Shown here: one piece after another, positions 60,007 to 64,000 of the stretch
How the letters are laid out: each line of letters starts with the position of its first letter
Numbering within the stretch: position 1 is the first letter of the stretch
NCBI GenBank assembly: GCA_963805085.1
Contig: CAWDTA010000002.1
Span: 1-64,000 of the forward strand
Direction of reading: 5' to 3'
Origin: an uncultured Veillonellaceae bacterium
GTDB taxonomy: Bacteria; Bacillota; Negativicutes; JARBTT01
DNA: 64,000 nucleotides
Translations under genes and position numbers: made by a program
The notes under the pieces: model-generated
What the model was told of the DNA's origin: nothing
Seen by the model: only the letters and a program-made list of their open reading frames with translations
Database searches by the model: none

Positions 60007-61635
60007 TTATTCTACACTAATTAAAAAATAATAATTTGGCTGCCCACCAGCATACACTTCTACCTCTACCGCGGGCATTGCTTCCGCAAGCTCCTTCGCA
60101 ATCGCTTGAGCTTGCGTTTCCTCTAACTCGCCACCATAGTAAAGACTGACAAGCTCACTCGTATCATCTACAATTGCTTTTACGGTATTCACCAAAGTAC
60201 GGTTCATTTCTGTACCGTAAACTTTTACTTTACCGCTGATCACACCAATATACGAGCCTTCTTTTACTAGATCTTCGCCAACTTTACTGTCGCGAACCGC
60301 CATTGTCAGACTAGCGTCTTTCACCTTGGCAATGGAAGCAGTCATCTTTTTCACATTTTCAGCAAAATCAGCAGTTTCATCATAGGCAACAAGTGCAGCC
60401 AAGCCCTGTGGCGTATTAGCTGTTGACACAATTTCAACACGATCGCCTAGTAATTTTTTCACTTGTGCCGCAGCCAAGATAATATTGCTATTGTTCGGTA
60501 AAATAATATATTTCTCAGCGACATCACTATGTACAGCATCAATGAACTCTTCTACCGCTGGATTCATACTCTGCCCACCGGGAATCGTGATATGTGCCCC
60601 AAGGTTTTCCATGATCCCAGCTAAACCATCCCCAGCAGCAACAGAAATAATTGCTGTTTTCATTTTTGACTTAGTATTCGCTTTAGAAACCAACGTCGTA
60701 CGATGTTGATCTGCCATGTTATCGATTTTAATGTCATGTAACGTACCCCAGCCTACTGCACATTCCAAAACCAATCCAGGGTGCCCCGTATGAATATGTA
60801 CCTTCAATACTTCGCCACCGTCAGCAATCACGATAGAGTCTCCCATTTCATCAAGGACACGCCTTGCTTCTGCTACCGTAACTTTCGTATTTTTTACCAT
60901 GAATTCCGTACAATAAGGCCGCGCAATTTCAAACTCCACTTGTGGCATGATCTTAGCCGCTTTATAGCTCATTTCAAAATCAACATTCGGCGAAGCAAAT
61001 TCACCGCCTAGCCCTTGCAGGCAACCTTGTAAAAATACGATTAATCCCTGACCACCAGCATCTACTACTCCTGCGGCTTTCAACGCTGGTAATAAATCTG
61101 GCGTACGTTTTAATTCAACATTACCAGCTTCAATGGCTGCTTCTAAAATATCAGAAATAGGCAGATCAGACCGAACTGCATGGTACGCACCTTTGGCAAT
61201 GCCCTTTGCCACTGTTAAAATTGTACCCTCTACCGGTTTAGATACACAGCGATATGCATATAATACTCCATATTGAAAGGCTTTTCCTAGTCCAGCCGAC
61301 GTAACTTCATGTTTGCCAGCAAGGCCACGACCAAGCCCGCGAAAAATTTGCGATAAAATAACACCGGAGTTTCCCCGTGCTCCCATAATCGCGCTATCAG
61401 CCGCGCGTTTTGCAATCGAGCCAATTCCTTCTTCTTGCGCTTCAGACACTGCACGTGCCACTGCACCTAACGTACGAAGCATATTAGTGCCAGTATCTCC
61501 GTCGGGTACGGGAAAAACATTTAATTCATTAATTCTTTCATGCTCCCGCGAAAACTCATTATAGGCACCAGAAATCATCCGTTTGAAATCATTGCCCGTA
61601 ATCACTTCTTTATTCATTTCTTTATTGCCTGTCAT
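60007..61635 (-). CDS. fakA: DAK2-domain fatty acid kinase subunit
   Basis: LNVFPVPDGDTGTNM, GARGNSGVILSQ, PVEGTILTV, KVHIHT, GGQSMNP. Confidence 0.93.
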   Translation of the reverse strand: MTGNKEMNKEVITGNDFKRMISGAYNEFSREHERINELNVFPVPDGDTGTNMLRTLGAVARAVSEAQEEGIGSIAKRAADSAIMGARGNSGVILSQIFRGLGRGLAGKHEVTSAGLGKAFQYGVLYAYRCVSKPVEGTILTVAKGIAKGAYHAVRSDLPISDILEAAIEAGNVELKRTPDLLPALKAAGVVDAGGQGLIVFLQGCLQGLGGEFASPNVDFEMSYKAAKIMPQVEFEIARPYCTEFMVKNTKVTVAEARRVLDEMGDSIVIADGGEVLKVHIHTGHPGLVLECAVGWGTLHDIKIDNMADQHRTTLVSKANTKSKMKTAIISVAAGDGLAGIMENLGAHITIPGGQSMNPAVEEFIDAVHSDVAEKYIILPNNSNIILAAAQVKKLLGDRVEIVSTANTPQGLAALVAYDETADFAENVKKMTASIAKVKDASLTMAVRDSKVGEDLVKEGSYIGVISGKVKVYGTEMNRTLVNTVKAIVDDTSELVSLYYGGELEETQAQAIAKELAEAMPAVEVEVYAGGQPNYYFLISVE

Positions 61636-61661
61636 ACTTTCACCACCATGCTCTATCATCT

Positions 61662-62501
61662 CTATATTTTCTCCTGATATATAAACGCCAATGTACCGGG
61701 TCCAGTATGGGCAGCAACTGCTGAACCTGCTACCGTTAAGGAAATCTTTGCCGTTGGATAAAGCTCTGCTACTTGCGCTTTAGTTTCTAAGCCCTCAGCT
61801 TCCGCTTCCACGTGGACAATCCCAATATATTCTAACTCACCACATTTGCCAAGCTCTTCAATCAGACGATTGATCGCCCGTTTGCGTGTTCTTACTTTAT
61901 CTAAAATCGTAATACGCCCTTCAGCTAAATAGAGGACTGGCTTAATTTGTAATATCGTTCCAAACAAAGCAGCTGCTCCGCCGATGCGCCCACCGCGATG
62001 TAAATATTCTAAAGAGTCTGGTAATAACAAAGTATGCGTAACTTTCACCTGTTTATGCAAAACTTCTAAAATTTGTTCAGCGCTTTTTCCTGCTTCAATC
62101 ATCTCTAAAGCCGACTCCGCCATCCGTACCAGCCCAATTGCCGATGTTTGTGCATCAATCACATGGATTTTTTTCTTATCTACCGTGACCGCTGCAGTTC
62201 GTGCCCCTTGCACCGTACCACTCAGAGCACCAGCAACAGCAATGACGATACAGGTATCACCCTGATCAACAATCGATTGAAACAGCTGAATGAATGCACC
62301 AATCGGTGGCTGAGAAGTCTGCTGCATTACGCCAGCTTTCTTCGTTTCTATAAATAAGTCATGGGCCGATAATTCATCTTCATCCCACTCTTGCTCGGCG
62401 ATTCTTACTTTTAAAGACACCTTATGTAAATTTTTATATTTTTGTAAAAACTCATCTTCTATATGAGCTGTACTATCTAAAACGATATGAATATTATTCA
62501 C
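61662..62501 (-). CDS. fakB: DegV-family fatty acid binding protein
   Basis: DSTA, TSQP, LSGT, LEYLHRGGRIG, HTGPG. Confidence 0.93.
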   Translation of the reverse strand: MNNIHIVLDSTAHIEDEFLQKYKNLHKVSLKVRIAEQEWDEDELSAHDLFIETKKAGVMQQTSQPPIGAFIQLFQSIVDQGDTCIVIAVAGALSGTVQGARTAAVTVDKKKIHVIDAQTSAIGLVRMAESALEMIEAGKSAEQILEVLHKQVKVTHTLLLPDSLEYLHRGGRIGGAAALFGTILQIKPVLYLAEGRITILDKVRTRKRAINRLIEELGKCGELEYIGIVHVEAEAEGLETKAQVAELYPTAKISLTVAGSAVAAHTGPGTLAFIYQEKI

Positions 62502-62709
62502 TATTTGCCTCCAAAAAAAACATTTCCATCTACATTGTACTAAATTTCAACAACTAAATACAGAAAAAACAAACATTGCTTAAATATATTCTCATATATT
62601 TATATAGAAATCAAAGGAATATTTACCTAAACTAGCGAAATAACAAGTACTTAGACAAAAATTTTCACCTGAAATAAATCAGCAATTCATATTTACAAGG
62701 AGATTTTTT

Positions 62710-64000
62710 ATGGAAAAGAAATTACTGTTTTCTTTAGATATTGGTACGAGAAGTGTAATCGGCATTGTTGCGGAGCAACTTGGCAACTCAATGAAAATTA
62801 TCGCTACGGAACGCAAAGAGCATAATACGCGTGCCATGCTTGATGGCCAAATACATGATGTTCCAGAAGTAGCGGCAGTCTTAGAAGAAGTCAAAGAAGA
62901 ACTAGAAAAAACAGTGGGCCCGTTAAAAAGCGCTGCTGTTGCTGCTGCTGGTCGAGCACTTTATACCATCAACACCGATGCCGAAATCGAAGTTTCAGAA
63001 ATTCTCACGATCGAGGATGAACATACCCTTGATTATGCTGCCATTCAATCCGCCCAACAAAAATTAGCAACTTCCAGCACCGTTGATGATCCAACGATGT
63101 ACTATTGTGTTGGATATAGTACGGTAAGTTATAAACTCGATGGTGTACAGTTAAAAACCTTGGTTGGGCAACGCGGTAAACTTGCCCACGCCGAGGTGAT
63201 TGCCACCTTCTTGCCTCGCCAAGTTATTGATTCGATGCAATCAGCATTACACGAGGCAAAGCTTGATATGAGTTCCTTGACATTAGAACCAATTGCCGCA
63301 ATTACCGTCCTCATTCCGCCAACTATGCGCCATTTAAACCTCGTTTTAGTTGATATCGGCGCTGGTACTTCCGATGTCGCGATTACGAAAAACGGCTCCG
63401 TCATCGCGTACGGGATGGTTCCTTTGGCTGGCGATGAAATCACTGAAGCGCTTTCCCAGCGGTATTTACTTGATTTTAATGTTGCTGAACAAATTAAACG
63501 TGAATTAAATGATCTCGGACAAACTACGAAAGATAGAAAAATTACCTTTCAGGATATCTTAGGCATTGACTATAGTTTATCGCCACAAGAAATCATCAGC
63601 GAAATTTCTTCTAATATCGCTGAACTCGCCCAAGCAATTGCCACACAAATTATCACGCTCAATAGCGTTGCTCCTCAAGCAGTACTACTCGTTGGCGGTG
63701 GTTCTCTAACGCCAATGCTACCGGAAGCGATCGCGCAAGCACTTGATATTCCCGCACCACGAGTTGCCGTTCGTACCCCTGAAACCATCAGCGGAATTAC
63801 CGATATTCCTGACATTTTAAAACGACCAGATGCCGTAACCCCTCTCGGTATCTTAAAAATAGCTTCATCACAAACTTTAAACTTTATTTCCGTTTTTGTG
63901 AACAAAAATGAATTACATCTATTTAACATCAGTAAGCTGACCGTATCGGATGCACTACTTGCCGCTGGCATTGGACTAAAACAGCTCGGGGGCAAACCGG
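62710..64000 (+). CDS. FtsA-like actin-fold ATPase (partial; runs off the window)
   Basis: MEKKLLFSLDIGTRSVIG, AMLDGQIHD, AAAGRAL, TLEPIAA, VDIGAGTSD, AGDEITE, VGGGS; absent from the ORF track because it has no stop. Confidence 0.9.
   Translation, partial: MEKKLLFSLDIGTRSVIGIVAEQLGNSMKIIATERKEHNTRAMLDGQIHDVPEVAAVLEEVKEELEKTVGPLKSAAVAAAGRALYTINTDAEIEVSEILTIEDEHTLDYAAIQSAQQKLATSSTVDDPTMYYCVGYSTVSYKLDGVQLKTLVGQRGKLAHAEVIATFLPRQVIDSMQSALHEAKLDMSSLTLEPIAAITVLIPPTMRHLNLVLVDIGAGTSDVAITKNGSVIAYGMVPLAGDEITEALSQRYLLDFNVAEQIKRELNDLGQTTKDRKITFQDILGIDYSLSPQEIISEISSNIAELAQAIATQIITLNSVAPQAVLLVGGGSLTPMLPEAIAQALDIPAPRVAVRTPETISGITDIPDILKRPDAVTPLGILKIASSQTLNFISVFVNKNELHLFNISKLTVSDALLAAGIGLKQLGGKP

Noticed and set aside
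62679-63995. Three minus-strand ORFs
   Set aside because: Antisense shadows of the FtsA-like gene; the same applies to most short ORFs nested in long genes.

Overview
AT-rich chromosomal window from a sporulating Firmicute, most likely a Negativicute (inferred from spore-coat genes plus a Wza-like exporter and a two-domain CobT). Layout: (1) 1-21.5 kb is an accessory, partly decayed region downstream of rlmH. It holds two candidate divergent small RNAs, spore-coat-like genes, a purine riboswitch with xpt-pbuX, a LysR/UbiD-BsdD-UbiX-LpdD aromatic acid decarboxylase cluster, an EFR1-type ferredoxin, a disulfide oxidoreductase, a TetR + CruF-like + CrtC-like module, pseudogenes, MarR-EmrAB and IS3 scars. 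Two diverged rlmH fragments are stranded inside it. (2) 21.5-29.5 kb is core: rlmH, htrA, an MBL hydrolase, a phosphomannomutase, a Fur/PerR regulator, coat genes and tex. (3) 29.6-55 kb is a ~25 kb Wzy-dependent capsule/EPS locus with an orphan NarL-type regulator and an internally deleted IS1182, bracketed by a ~200 bp direct repeat of the tex 3' end plus its terminator. (4) 55-64 kb carries a collagen-like exosporium gene, a Mn riboswitch with a TMEM165 transporter, a fused two-domain CobT, a cyclohydrolase, fakA/fakB and a partial FtsA-like gene. No rRNA, tRNA, CRISPR array or intact integrase was seen. All product calls come from motif recognition by eye, not database searches; several start codons were re-chosen from RBS context.
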